64,000 bases of DNA from Octopus bimaculoides (Eukaryota). The first letter of the stretch is position 1; every line of letters begins with the position of its first letter. Shown one piece after another: positions 36,829 to 49,318 of this stretch. The stretch spans positions 30,749,039 to 30,813,038 of the forward strand of contig NC_069002.1 in the NCBI RefSeq assembly GCF_001194135.2, written 5' to 3'. A program made the position numbers and the translations under genes. A model generated the notes under the pieces. It made no database searches and was not told the DNA's origin. It saw nothing but the letters and a program-made list of their open reading frames with translations.

Positions 36829-38877
36829 GTATAGTTTAATTGAAGACGAGCAGTCTAAAGTATAAACATTAATATTCAGCTATTCACTGCTGTAGTTGCT
36901 TAATTCCTTACTGCTTTTTATATAGGTGAATATTCTATGCCCTTAACAAGGGGAAGGAAACTAGGTATGTCTCCTGGGAGGAGTAGTCAACAAATGGTGA
37001 AGTGGCCTGTGTAGAGTCTCCTCACTTTTTCCACACATCTAAATCTTAAGATTGTTTACATTCTTATACTTTCCCAGCACAGCTAAAAGATTTTAATATT
37101 CAAATATATTTAAATCCTTCTGATTCATGCTGTTGTGAATATACATATTTATGTGTGTAGGTGTATATTTATTTATATATATATAAATATATGCACACAT
37201 ATATTTGTGTACATATACACTCATACATTATATGTGAGTTTAGTTACAAGCTGAACATAGTGACCATCCAGACAGATTTGAGTTACCTTTTGAAACTCAA
37301 TATACCACAGAATTTTGATTAAGCTTCTTTCCAATCAATAAATTCAACTGATTTGAAAAAAAACTAAAATCAGTTTCGGAAAATTAAACCAAATAGTAAA
37401 AAAAAAATGTAAAGAAACTGGAATTGTATATAAAAAATATATATAAAAGATAATGCAATAAAAAAAAATCAATTTAAAAATAGTTCTTCCCCCTCTCCTC
37501 TGCCAAAGCAATTCAAGTTTCTGTGAAAATCTCATTTTGAATCATTTGAAACATTAAAGCTAATGTTTTCCCAATTAGGTTATCTTTCCATGAAATATTT
37601 CCTTAACTTCTCTCCTTTTTTGTTTTGTATTCTGTACAGTCCAATAATCACTCTCAGCACCTCTGTTCGGCAGTGTTTGTCTTTAAGTCACGATCATGTC
37701 ATTGCTTTAACGTCCTCCTTTTTTCATGTTTGCATGGCTCAGATGGGATCTGGTGAGGCAGATTTTCCACATTTTTAAAGTGCAATAATCACTTTCAACA
37801 GTTCTATATGGTAGCATTCGTCATCACCGGCATAACGTCCACTTTTCCATGCCTGCATGGGTTAGATGGAATTCTTCAAGGTATATTTTCTGTCTGCACA
37901 ATACAATAATAATTGTTTTCAATACCTCTGTGCCATAGTATTTATCACCAATTCAAATTATTAATTTCAAATTTTGACACAAGGCCAGTAATTTCAGGTG
38001 AGGGGGTAAGTCGATAACATTGACCCCAGTACTCGACTGGTACTTATTTTATTGACTCCAAAAGGATGAAAGGCAAAATAAACTTTGGCAGAAGTTGAAC
38101 TTAGAATGTAAGGACAGGTGAAATGCCACTAAGCGTTTTGCCTGGTGTGTAAACAATTCTGATAGTTCACTGCCTTACCAATGCAGATTATTAATTTCTT
38201 TCAACAATTCTCTAATTATGGAGTCAACCTGTAAAAAAGGTCGGCCCAGGAAGATGTGGGAAGAGGTGGTGGAATGTGATCCTCAATTGTTGAGTCTCAT
38301 GGAGGTGATGACAATTGACTGAGCCTTTTGGTGATTTGCTGTGGCTGAGAAGACCGGTTGAGCTAAGCGAAATTGTGGTTGTGACACATAAGAGGCACTT
38401 GTGCTGGTGACATGTAAAAGACACCCAATACACTCTGTAGAGTGGTTGGCATTAGGAAGGGGCATCCAGCCATAGTGACCAAGCCAAAACAGACATGGAG
38501 CCTGGTGCAGCTCACCAAATTTTAGTCAAACCGTCTAAGCCATGCCAGCATGGAGAACGGATATTAAATGATGATGATGATGATAATAAATTCTGTACAG
38601 TAGCATTTTTCCTCAGTGTAGTCCACGAATTCTTTTCAGCAGTTGTGTATGTTACTAGCTTCTTTCCTTTTCGTACTATACAATAAGAGTTTGTCTCCCG
38701 TGCACTACAGCGTTGGGTAATTTAGTACACTAGTGGTTTATGTTCAGTATGTTAATGATTTCAACAGTAGTGTTAGTGCATATAAAGTAGGAGACACAGA
38801 ACATCTCAAACTAGTTAAACCAGCTTAGTTTCTTTCAGTGGTTTATAATTTAGCAGATGGCAGAGTTGAGTAACTTC

Positions 38878-38920
<43 letters not shown>

Positions 38921-39083
38921 TCAAATGATATGGGAATAACAAATTATGTTGTGAACTTCATAGTTTAGTTCTTGTGCATTTCTTTTATTGCTTTATCCCA
39001 ATTATAATATATACAATTTTATCTTAATTTCCATTAATCTCTCTGTTTTTACTACATACTCTGATAATTACTCACCATTCTCA

Positions 39084-39143
<60 letters not shown>

Positions 39144-39464
39144 NNNNNNNNNNNNNNNNNNNNNNNNNNNNNNNNNNNNNNNNNNNNNNNNNNNNNNNNN
39201 NNNNNNNNNNNNNNNNNNNNNNNNNNNNNNNNNNNNNNNNNNNNNNNNNNNNNNNNNNNNNNNNNNNNNNNNNNNNNNNNNNNNNNNNNNNNNNNNNNNN
39301 NNNNNNNNNNNNNNNNNNNNNNNNNNNNNNNNNNNNNNNNNNNNNNNNNNNNNNNNNNNNNNNNNNNNNNNNNNNNNNNNNNNNNNNNNNNNNNNNNNNN
39401 NNNNNNNNNNNNNNNNNNNNNNNNNNNNNNNNNNNNNNNNNNNNNNNNNNNNNNNNNNNNNNNN

Positions 39465-39515
<51 letters not shown>

Positions 39516-39956
39516 ATGTGTGTACACAGTTCCATTCTGTTGGCTTTTCTGTCTCCTACATGCAATGTTTCTATAATGCCATTGTTATTGAATTCTATTA
39601 TTCTAGAACTTTATTCTTCTTCGTTTAATCAGTGCTTCAAAAATGAAGTGCGATTGTATTTGGGAAAACATTTATATATAAATCTGAACTTCATTTCTGA
39701 AGCTCTGGTGAAGCAATTTGCGTGCATTGCATCTCATAGCAGAAACAGCTGGAAGCTAATAAAGTACGGCATTAATTTTTTATTTCCTTGTCATTTGTTT
39801 AATTTCATATGTATATGTATGTATATATATGTATATGTATGTATATGTATGTATATNNNNNNNNNNNNNNNNNNNNNNNNNNNNNNNNNNNNNNNNNNNN
39901 NNNNNNNNNNNNNNNNNNNNNNNNNNNNNNNNNNNNNNNNNNNNNNNNNNNNNNNN

Positions 39957-39987
<31 letters not shown>

Positions 39988-40107
39988 GTATATATATATA
40001 TATGGAGTATACTATCTGGTAATATAAACATTAGACATTAAGTATATGAGAAGAATTACTCAACATGCTACAAAGCATATGAATTAAATTTCATTTACTG
40101 TATTTTA

Positions 40108-40307
40108 CTCTTTTACTTGTTTCAGTCATTTGACCGTGGCCATTTGGGACCACCTCCTATAGTCAAGGAAATCTCCCCCAGGGCTTTTTTTTTAAAGTCT
40201 AGTACTTATTCTATCAGTCTCTTGCTGAACCGCTAAGTTACGGGGATGTAAACACACCACCATCGGTTGTCAAGCGATGTTGGGGGGACAAACACATAAA
40301 CATACAG

Positions 40308-40350
<43 letters not shown>

Positions 40351-40515
40351 CGATGGGCTTCTTTCAGTTTCCGTCTACTAAATTCACTCACAAGGCTTTG
40401 GTCGGCCCAAGGCTATAGTAGAAGACACTTGCCCAAGGTGCCACGCAGTGGAACTGAACCCAAAACCATGTGGTTCGTAAGCAAGCTACTTACCACACAA
40501 CCACTCCTACGCCTA
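40108..40515 (-). mobile_element. Family-A SINE, full length
   Basis: Reverse complement of family A; the head ends at accactcctacgcc. Confidence 0.88.
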
Positions 40516-41323
40516 TATATTTATGAACGTTATATCTACGATTATGTTCTTCTTTCAGGGAAGAAGGTTGTTAATCTCAATTTTTCTTTTGAACAAGGCT
40601 AGAAATATATTTTATAATAATGAAAGAATGAATTGTTTCCAATTTTGGCAGAAGGCCAGTAAATTTTTTTGGGGGTGGGGGGTTAGTTTATATCACTGAC
40701 TCCAGAAGGGTCAAAGACAAAGTTGGCACTGTTAGAATTTGAACTTAGAACACAATGATTCAGAAGAAATAACACTAGGCATTTTGTTTACTGTTCTAAT
40801 TATTCTGCCCGCTTGCTGTCTTTAATAAAATAATAATGAATTCCATATATGACTATCAGGAATCAATTTGACCATTTTTCTTTTATTGCAGTATCCCTAT
40901 TATAATACAAACAATTTCATCTTAATCTCTCTGATAATTCCTCACCATTCTCTGTCTATATACATACACAGTTCCATTCTGTTGGGTTTTCTGTCTCCTC
41001 CATGCAATCTTACTCTAATACCATTGTTCTTGAATTCTATTATTCTAGAATTCAGTTATTCTTCAACTTGATTAATACTGAATTCTATTATTCTAGAACT
41101 TTATTCTTCTTTGTTTCTTTTATTCATCAATTCTATTTTCAATGAATTCCATTATTCTTGAATGACTATTATTCTACTATTCAAACCTTCCTGAATGTTC
41201 CATTATTCTTGAATTCTTAGAATTCTGTTATGACCATTTATTTGTTGAATGTTCTGTTATTATTCTTCAATGTTCTCCACACTCAACTCTCTACTAACAT
41301 GCTAGACTCCTAACATTTTCTAG

Positions 41324-41428
41324 CCGGCAGTTATGGTTCTCCATCGTTAAGACGTTCTAAAGTGGGTTCGTCTATGATTAATCTGTCAGCTGCTGGTAAC
41401 AACTCTCCTTATGACCATTCTGATATTG
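41324..41428 (+). CDS. MACF1: Probable spectraplakin exon 12 (AGSYGSPSLRRSKVGSSMINLSAAGNNSPYDHSDI)
   Basis: ttttctag acceptor, gtaggt donor, 105 nt, phase 1/1, open in the required frame, Ser/Gly-rich. Not in the ORF track, and I recognise no homology, so confidence is lower. Confidence 0.75.
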
Positions 41429-42502
41429 GTAGGTAGCATGTTTTTTGCCTTGTCACCTCCCTCTGCATTTTCATTATTCTCCCCCCCATCGTCATTGCCG
41501 TCTTGCTGCTTGCCTTTCGTTTCACTTTCTCCTGTCTGTCTTTCTGCACGATTGTTGTATTTTTATATATTTTCAAATTTTGTTTCTGTTGTTCTTAACA
41601 TTTTTAATTATTTCCAAAAATGTTATTTTTGATTTTCTTATATTTTCATTTTCACTTCTTATTAAATATTTATTTCTAAGATATAAAACTTTACTTTTTA
41701 CTTATTTTGTCTGCCAAATTTTAGTTAATTTTCCTGAAATTACAATGCATTAAACTACCACTTTGGCATACATTAAAGTGTATTAAAAAGGTCAACAAGT
41801 ACGCTAGCAGTTAACTTCCATTGGACAGTGCCCATGTCTCACTTTGGAGTTATATTTTACTTTGATGATGTTAAGAAAGGCATTAACATCACACAATCTC
41901 ATTTCCCCTCCTCTCTCGTATCATGAGAAATCTTGCTCAAGTCTTATATTTGGAATATTTCCAGATGTTATGACTGAGGTGTTCACAAAAGCCTAGATTA
42001 TATTAAAATACTTTGCTAATTAAATTTGTTTAAATGCTTTTAAAATTGAAACTAAATATCACTTTTTCTTCTACCTTTTCAATCCTCATCCTCATCCCAC
42101 ATCTGGCCATCATGTTGGAATGGGTTGACATAATCTGTCATGCACCAATGTTTTACCATTGGTTGTGGTTTCCATGGCTGGATGCCCTCGTGGCACCGGT
42201 ACACATTGATATAACTCAAGCATTTCATGAGGAAAGACTTACTTTGCAGATAATTTGTTCTTAAACGCTTAACAGTTAAAGTGTCATTTTAATTTCTCTA
42301 ATTATAATTAGCTAATGTAATCCCACTATTTTTAAAGTAAAATAATTACTCTTGCTTGTAACTGCTTCATAAATTTCTAGAAATGTCCATCATTAAGTTT
42401 TTAATCTAATTTAACGAATCAAAAACAGAAAACAAATGTTCAATCCTTGATTTGGTATTTTTTTTAAATCTCACCCTTCGATTTCTATCAAATAATCCCC
42501 AG

Positions 42503-42852
42503 GTTCCAATGGAAATCTGAGTCGCAGCAAACGGCTGAGTATCTCGTCCCATAATCTGTCCACCACAAAGTCTTCCCGGACGCCAAAGTCTCCTGGATTA
42601 CAAACAGGAAATTCTCGGCCAAAGACTCCAACGATGAATAGCAGTAGCTCGAAACTGTCGACGCCAGGAACTACACTGGTCCGACCCAACAGTACAACAC
42701 CAGCCAGACCCAACAGTACGACACCAAACACATCTCGAAGTACAACACCAGTTGCACAGAGGATGGGTGCACAACGGCGCCTGCCAACCACACCAAAGTC
42801 TTCAACCCCAAAGACCCCCCTTCGTCCCAGAACCCCAACGGCACACAGATAA
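42503..42852 (+). CDS. MACF1: Spectraplakin terminal coding exon (GSNGNLSRSKRLSISS...RPNSTTPARPNSTTP...PRTPTAHR*)
   Basis: cccag acceptor, phase 1, 116 codons to TAA at 42850-42852. Basic Ser/Thr/Pro-rich composition typical of the spectraplakin microtubule-binding tail. Confidence 0.88.
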
Positions 42853-45800
42853 CATCTAAAAAATCTGTAACATGTGAAAGGTTTTTTTGTTTTACCAACT
42901 CATTTGGACATGAAGATGTAATTAGTAAAGATATTTTATACACCCAGCTCATATCTGAAATGGTTGCTGTAAATACTGTTTTATATATACACAGGTATAT
43001 ATGTATATATATGAAATAGGATGTACTAGAGAGATGTCTTGTATCAATGAAATATTACACACATTCTATCACATATATGTATATATATACACACACACAC
43101 ACACATACATACATACAAAGTTGTTTGATCCTAAGGTCATTCAGTGCTGTGCCAATTTAGCAGAACTTCTGCAATTCACACTCCAGATATTTCTCACAGA
43201 CATTCTCTCTCAATTTCCATATTTTCAATGTTTTAACCAATTAAATTTATCCAATTCAGAACATTAGTTGTGGTTAGTGCAACAATTTAATTCAACTAAT
43301 TAATCAATACAATAATTAGTACAATGACATAGATTTTAAAAAATGATAATCACATGAAATATTATTCCTTAGGGTGGTGGGTTAGAAGAATATTTAGAGC
43401 TATGAGCAAAATGCTGCATATTGGGCTATACCAGTCATATACTGAGGTGATGGAATTAAGTATTAAGGCACTGTAGTTTTAAGAAGTAAAATATAAATGG
43501 TCTTACCGTGATTACTTTTTACTTTGAAGATTTTTAGTTCAAATCACACCAGGGTCGACTCTGCCTTTCATCCTTCCAAGGATAAATACCTGTGAAATGT
43601 TGGAGTTGATCCAATCAATTGTGACCCTTACTTTACAATTTTAAGCTTAGTGCCACTGTGAGAAATAGCAATAATAGTAATTATTATTCATCTTGTATTT
43701 TGGTAGATTTATGGCAGTGTAGAATTAAAGATTCCACATTTCATCTTTTACAAAAAATTTTATCAGAATCCAAAATATTGATATCTATTTGCAGAAATCT
43801 GTAAAGTGTTTAGAAATAGTAAAGAAATTACTTAGGAGAAGAAATATTTAAGAAACTACTTTATGATACAACCACCACAGATATTTGTTTTTTTTTAATT
43901 TTTATCTCCAACTATTTATATTTTCTCTAATAGAATTAACATTATATATGTATAAACATATATAAACATACCACACACACATGAAAAAACTTTTTTTTCA
44001 TGTTGTACATATGTGATATTTTCTTCCAAATCTCTTTTATAATATCAGTGAATCAGAATGAATGAACCAACTTCGAAAATGGTGCAAAAAACATCCATAA
44101 CTCTCCACTAATTTATATATCCACACACCCGTTCTCCTTTTGGTCTTTTTTACCTTTTTATTAATTTATCAACTTCTTCAGCCTTATACCACCATAAATG
44201 TTTACATGAGTTTTCTTCTGTTTATCTATAATAACACACTGAATCTTGTAAATTATTTTGTTATCACACAATTCAATTTCAAATCTATTTTTTAATTGAG
44301 TTGGGGGCTGAATTACAAAAATGAAACAAAACAAAAAAAGTGGGTTTTTTTTTTTTTTAATTTATATATTTTTGTAATTTATTTCTTGTATTCTAAATAT
44401 TAGATCAGCTGAGATGATGGGTTATGCGCTCTGGGAAACAATTTTATATCCAGAGGAACAATTGATGGGAGGGGGCTCTAAAAAACAGAAACATTCCATT
44501 TTTAATGTATATTAAGCTTCAGGTTTCGTTCTTCAATTTTAACAAATCTTTATCTTCATTACAAGTACAGTAATTAATCCAAATAATTTTAATTTGCTCA
44601 AGTTTTAACATTTTTATTTGAAAAAAAAAAATGAACCTTGTTAGATATGTGTGTTAGATATATCTAACAGTAATGAGGTTTTAAAACATTTGAGCAGCTT
44701 TGATATAACTGTTTTAAAGAAGCCTTTTGAATACTCAAAATTATTTAAATTGTAAAAGCGAGAACTTGTTTTCGATAAGTTGCTGGGAATTTAGTTACCT
44801 TCTTGTGTTATTGGTTCTAAGCCAATGTTATGCTTTGCTATGTAAAAAAAAAAGACAAAAAACAAAATCGGTATTAAGAAACTGTCAATTAACTTTCGGC
44901 TTACACAGAAATTGATTTGAATTTCCATGCTCAACTCCAGACCATGCCAAGACTAGCAGGAAGGGATTTCTGAGGAATACATTGAGCCTACCTTCAGTAT
45001 TACTAGATTCCTGTCAAAACAAACAAAATTCAATGAGTTTCAATTGTTTCGCAAAACGGCGCCAATTCTTGTGATAATTTGGACCAATCTTTAGTTACCT
45101 TCAATAAATATCAACACAATAAGTTATATTCCAAGAAATAATCTTTTAAAATACTTTTACATGAGTAAAAACGTGTGATATTTTCCCTGGCCAAATTTAA
45201 TTCATTCATTTTTTTTATTATTATTATTATTATTATTTTTCCTTTTGATACTGCAGAAAAAGAAAGTTTTAAATTGTGATTCACAGGTTATCTGCATTTC
45301 AAAAAGACAGAATCTGCTAACTCTACCGATATTTCTAACTAAAAGATCAACTCCATTAATAGCAAAAATATTTGTCTCCCTAAATATCATTTTATTAAAT
45401 ATTTCAATATCATTAAATATTTCAAAAAATTTTCTAAATTTTCTTTTCTCTTATCCATAAATAATCTTTTCTAAATGTCCACTCTTAACAGTCCATGTCC
45501 ATTCTGACCCGTGTCCACTACAACTGTATTTATTCTTTAACCTAACCACTAACAATACTAGAATCCGAATTCTCATTCTGGAACCAGATTTTTTCCTTTC
45601 ACTGACCATCTCCAGTAGTTTGGCCAACTCTCTCTTTCTAATGACCTTTGAAACATGTCCAAACCTTAAAGGTCATCAAATTTAGTTTACTAGTGCCTGC
45701 AGATGACCAAGATGGAACAGTGAAATACAAAGATGTTAGTCTGTCACTCTCAGCAGTTAGTGTTTCTTCATACCAGTTTTTACAACGGTGTTCTCCATTC

Positions 45801-46300
45801 CATGTCAAAAATGAGGTCGATCTTTTGTTTTAAAGTTCCGTCCAACTCATGTTCACATAGAAAAAGGGAGACGCAAGCATTTTTTTTTTTAAACTAATGT
45901 GAAAACTTAAGATTGTTTTCATAATTATTTTGACATTTTTGATAATTTTTTTTTTTTTTTACAAAATATTTTAAAACATTCTGTGAAACTGTTTTGGTAG
46001 TATTTTCATCTGCCTCAACAATCCTTAAAGTTATTTGTAACCAACTTAAACAGGAAATATCTCTACAAAATTCACCAGAAGAAAAAAAAACATTTAACAA
46101 AGAATTTGTTGGTCATTTCCAATTTAACCTCTTTGGTGTGGGATGGGGGAAAAGAATTCTAGGAAGATTTCAAGGGGGTGGGGAAACGAACTTTCATTGT
46201 AAATCAGGAACTGTTTATTGGTATGTCTGTTAAGTGAACTACAGATGAACTATAACAGCAAATTATTGGTATATCTGTTCAGTTGTAAAAGTTTTCTGTA
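42853..46300 (+). other. Putative long 3' UTR of the spectraplakin
   Basis: Follows the stop codon; very AT-rich, with no recognisable SINE over about 3.4 kb; AATAAA at 45103-45108. The end is not determined. Confidence 0.4.
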
Positions 46301-46424
46301 TAAAGATCAGCAATTAAAATATATAAAATGCATTGTTAATTTTTTTAATTTATTCTACTCCTTTCAGTCATTGGGCCTTGGCCATGCTGGGGCACTTTTT
46401 GTTGTTTTCAGATTTATATTCTAA

Positions 46425-46815
46425 GCGCAGGAGTGGCTGTGTGGTAAGTAGCTTGTTTACCACCCACATGGTTCAGGGTTCAGTCCCACTGTGTGGCACC
46501 TTGGGCAAGTGTCTTCTACTATAGCCAAAGCCTTGTGAGTGGATTTGGTAGACAGAAACTGAAAGAAGCTTGTCATATATATGTATATATATATATATAT
46601 GTATGTATGTGTGTTTGTGTGTCAGTGTTTGTCCCCACAACATCGCTTGACAACCGATGCTGGTGTGTTTAGGTCCCCATAACTTAGCGGTTCAGCAAAA
46701 GAGACCGATAGAATAAGTACCAGGCTTCCAAAGAATAAGTCCTGGGGTCGATTTGCTCGACTAAAGGCGGTGCTCCAGCATGGCCGCAGTCAAATGACTG
46801 AAACAAGTAAAAAGA
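46425..46815 (+). mobile_element. Family-A SINE, full length
   Basis: gcgcaggagtggctgtgtggtaag head through the gactgaaacaagtaaaaaga tail. Confidence 0.9.
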
Positions 46816-47099
46816 GTATAAACGAACCAGTGAATCAAGCATCTACATCTTGGCTGTCCAAGTTGCTAAATATGGCCATCAAATAGAGCCTTCCTTACCC
46901 TTTTACTTGTTTCAGTCACTGACCATGGTCAAGCTGGGGCATCGCCTTCAAGAATGTTTACTTGAATGAAATGACCGCAGTACTTGTAAATTGATAAGCC
47001 TGGTCCTTTTTCTGTCAGTCTTTTTTGTTGAGCTGCTAATGTTAAAGGGATGTAAACATACCAACACTGGTGGGGGACAAATAGACACACATGTAACAC

Positions 47100-47452
47100 A
47101 TTACTTGTTTCAGTCATTTGACTGCAGCCATGCTGGAGCACTGCCTGAAAGGGTTTTAGTCGAAGAAATCGACCCCCAGGACTTATTCGTTGTAAGCTTA
47201 GTACCTATTCTATCGGTCTCTTTTGCTGAACCGCTAAGTTATGGGGACATAAACACACCAGCATCAGTTGTCAAGCAATGGTGGGGAAGGACAGACACAC
47301 ACACACAGTGGTCTTCCCGGTTTTGTATACCCAATCCACTCATGAAGCTTTGGTCAGCCCAAGGCTATAGTAGAAGACACTTGCCCAAGGTGCCATGAAG
47401 TGGGACTGAACTTGGAACCATGTGGTTGGGAAGCAAACTTCCTACCACATAC
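47100..47452 (-). mobile_element. Family-A SINE, inverted relative to the 46425 copy
   Basis: Reverse complement of family A; a further partial copy lies at about 46900-47100. Confidence 0.85.
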
Positions 47453-47455
47453 ACA

Positions 47456-47650
47456 CGAGGGGGTGTTGAAAGGTTCCTGTCTTTGGGTAAAAGAAAATAC
47501 AGGAGGATCAGTTAATAATGATTTTATTCAACATATTCCCCTCTCAGATTCATACACTTATTGCAGCGGTCCTTCAGTTTTTGAAGGTTGGGCCTCCAAC
47601 TTAGCCTTTCGCAATACCCTTGAAGCCAGGAAATTTTCAGCATCCCCTAG
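47456..47650 (-). mobile_element. mariner-derived MITE; related pieces at about 59697-59790 and 60415-60610
   Basis: TIRs cgagggggtgttgaaaggttcctgtctt and aagccaggaaattttcagcatcccctag. The interior retains a mariner transposase C-terminus; the 60.5 kb copy reads LKDHCIKCVNLREEYVE*. Confidence 0.7.
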
Positions 47651-47922
47651 TATAAACGTTGGGCTTTCAGTTTCCATCTACCAAATCTACTCACAAGCCC
47701 AAAGGCTATAGTAGAGGACACTTAGCCAGTGACACATTATGGGATTGAACCTGGAACTACATGGTTGGGAAGTAAGCTTCATACCACACAGCCATGCCTG
47801 AACCTATCAGCAACCTATCAGCAACCTATTGCTGTAGCTGTGTGCATCCATGAGCAACCACCATCTTCAGTGTCCACTTTTGCATGGGTTGGACAGAGTT
47901 TGTTGCAGTGGATTTTCTTTGG

Positions 47923-48757
47923 CCAAGTTTAAATAAACTCTTTAGAAAATAAGGTGAAATATCTTTAATGATATATTCACAGAACTATAACGATCCTCAT
48001 TATAGGAATGTTATTATCGTTCATTTTCCTTCTCTCTCTTAAGTATGGTACTGTGTACAGAGAGTGCTGAAAATTTAGTGTACACATTTTTAATTTACCC
48101 ATCCCCGAAATGACAAAGTTCATAGTATTGACCAAACCAAAAGAAAAGTTGATGAAAGTTATTACGTCTACGACTTTCATTCAAGCAAAACAAAACTAGG
48201 AAAAGAATACTGGAGATGTGAGAAAGGAAGGCTGTGTGTTCACTGCGGAATCCACATGGTAACGGAAATCAAGGAGCTGAAATTTATTTAGTGAGCACCT
48301 TCATCCAACTCATTTAGATTCGTTAAATGCTAGGAAAGTTCTGACAGAAGAGGAAGGGTTCATTCAAGGTAAAATGACTCAAATTCAAGGGGATCCATCA
48401 AATTCATGCACACTATATCGAAGAATAACTCAACACCTCAAAAGATTGGTCACTGAATATGGGTCAACAAGAAAAATTGATTTTTTTGAAGAGTGTGGCA
48501 TATAATTTGCATCAATTGTAAGTGATCATAATAAATCATTAATTATATCTTATTACTTTTTAAAATACATTTTCCCATAGTATTTTACTTGAATCCTATC
48601 AATGAAATTCTCGATGATTATTTGATTTTGATGTTCACCTTGTTTTCTAAAGAGTTTATTTAAAATTGGACAAAAAATCAGACCAAAAAAATTTAACAAA
48701 AAGATGGAGATGAAGTGATGTTGGACAAAGTGACATTGGATGAAAAGTCAGGTCACG
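47923..48757 (+). mobile_element. Internally deleted Mutator-like element with a FLYWCH zinc-finger remnant
   Basis: Inverted repeats of about 40 bp at 47923-47963 and 48631-48669. YYVYDF...KEYWRCEKGRLC...(fs)EHLH at 48151-48305; C-terminal LKSVAYNLHQL* at about 48487-48521. Confidence 0.65.
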
Positions 48758-48859
48758 CCTGAAACTGTGTGGTTGGGAAACAAGCTTCTTGTCACACACC
48801 TGCACTTCAATATGAAATCAAATTGCTTTAATTGAAAACCTTACCTGTGCACATTTTGT

Positions 48860-49318
48860 CATAAGAGAAAAATTGGGTATAAGAGGCAAGAAAGAAGACT
48901 GTGCTGGTATGGTCATGTGATGCATATGGATGAGGACAGCTGCATAAAGAAGTGCTGATCTCTAATTGTGGAGGGAACCAGTGGAAGACGTAGACCCAGG
49001 AAGATGTGGGACAAGATTGTGAAATATGATCTTTGGTCGTTGAGTCTCACAGAAGTAAATACAAGTGGCTGAGATTTCTGGTAATTTGCTGTGCTTGAGA
49101 AGACACGACAAACTAAGTGGAATGCTAGTCATGGCCAGTGCTGGAGACACCCACTTCACTCTGTAAAGTGATCGGTGTTAGGAAGGGCATCCAGCTGTAG
49201 AAATTAAGCCAAAACAAGACAACTGGAGCCTGGTACAGGCTCTCTGGCTTATCAACTCCTGTCTAACTGCCTAACCCATGCCAGCATGGGAAATGGATGT
49301 TAAATGATGATGATGATG
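48860..49318 (+). mobile_element. 5'-truncated RTE LINE 3' end with (TGA)n tail. The same 3' UTR recurs at about 8930-9118, 19950-20118, 21790-21945, 23500-23680, 34627-34750, 38240-38583, 58280-58414 (+) and 33470-33830, 49612-50400, 57762-58080 (-)
   Basis: QERRLCWYGHVMHMDEDSCIKKC*SLIVEGTSGRRRPRKMWD...AVLEKT, then aggaagggcatccagctgtagaa...acccatgccagcatgg...gatgatgat. Confidence 0.85.
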
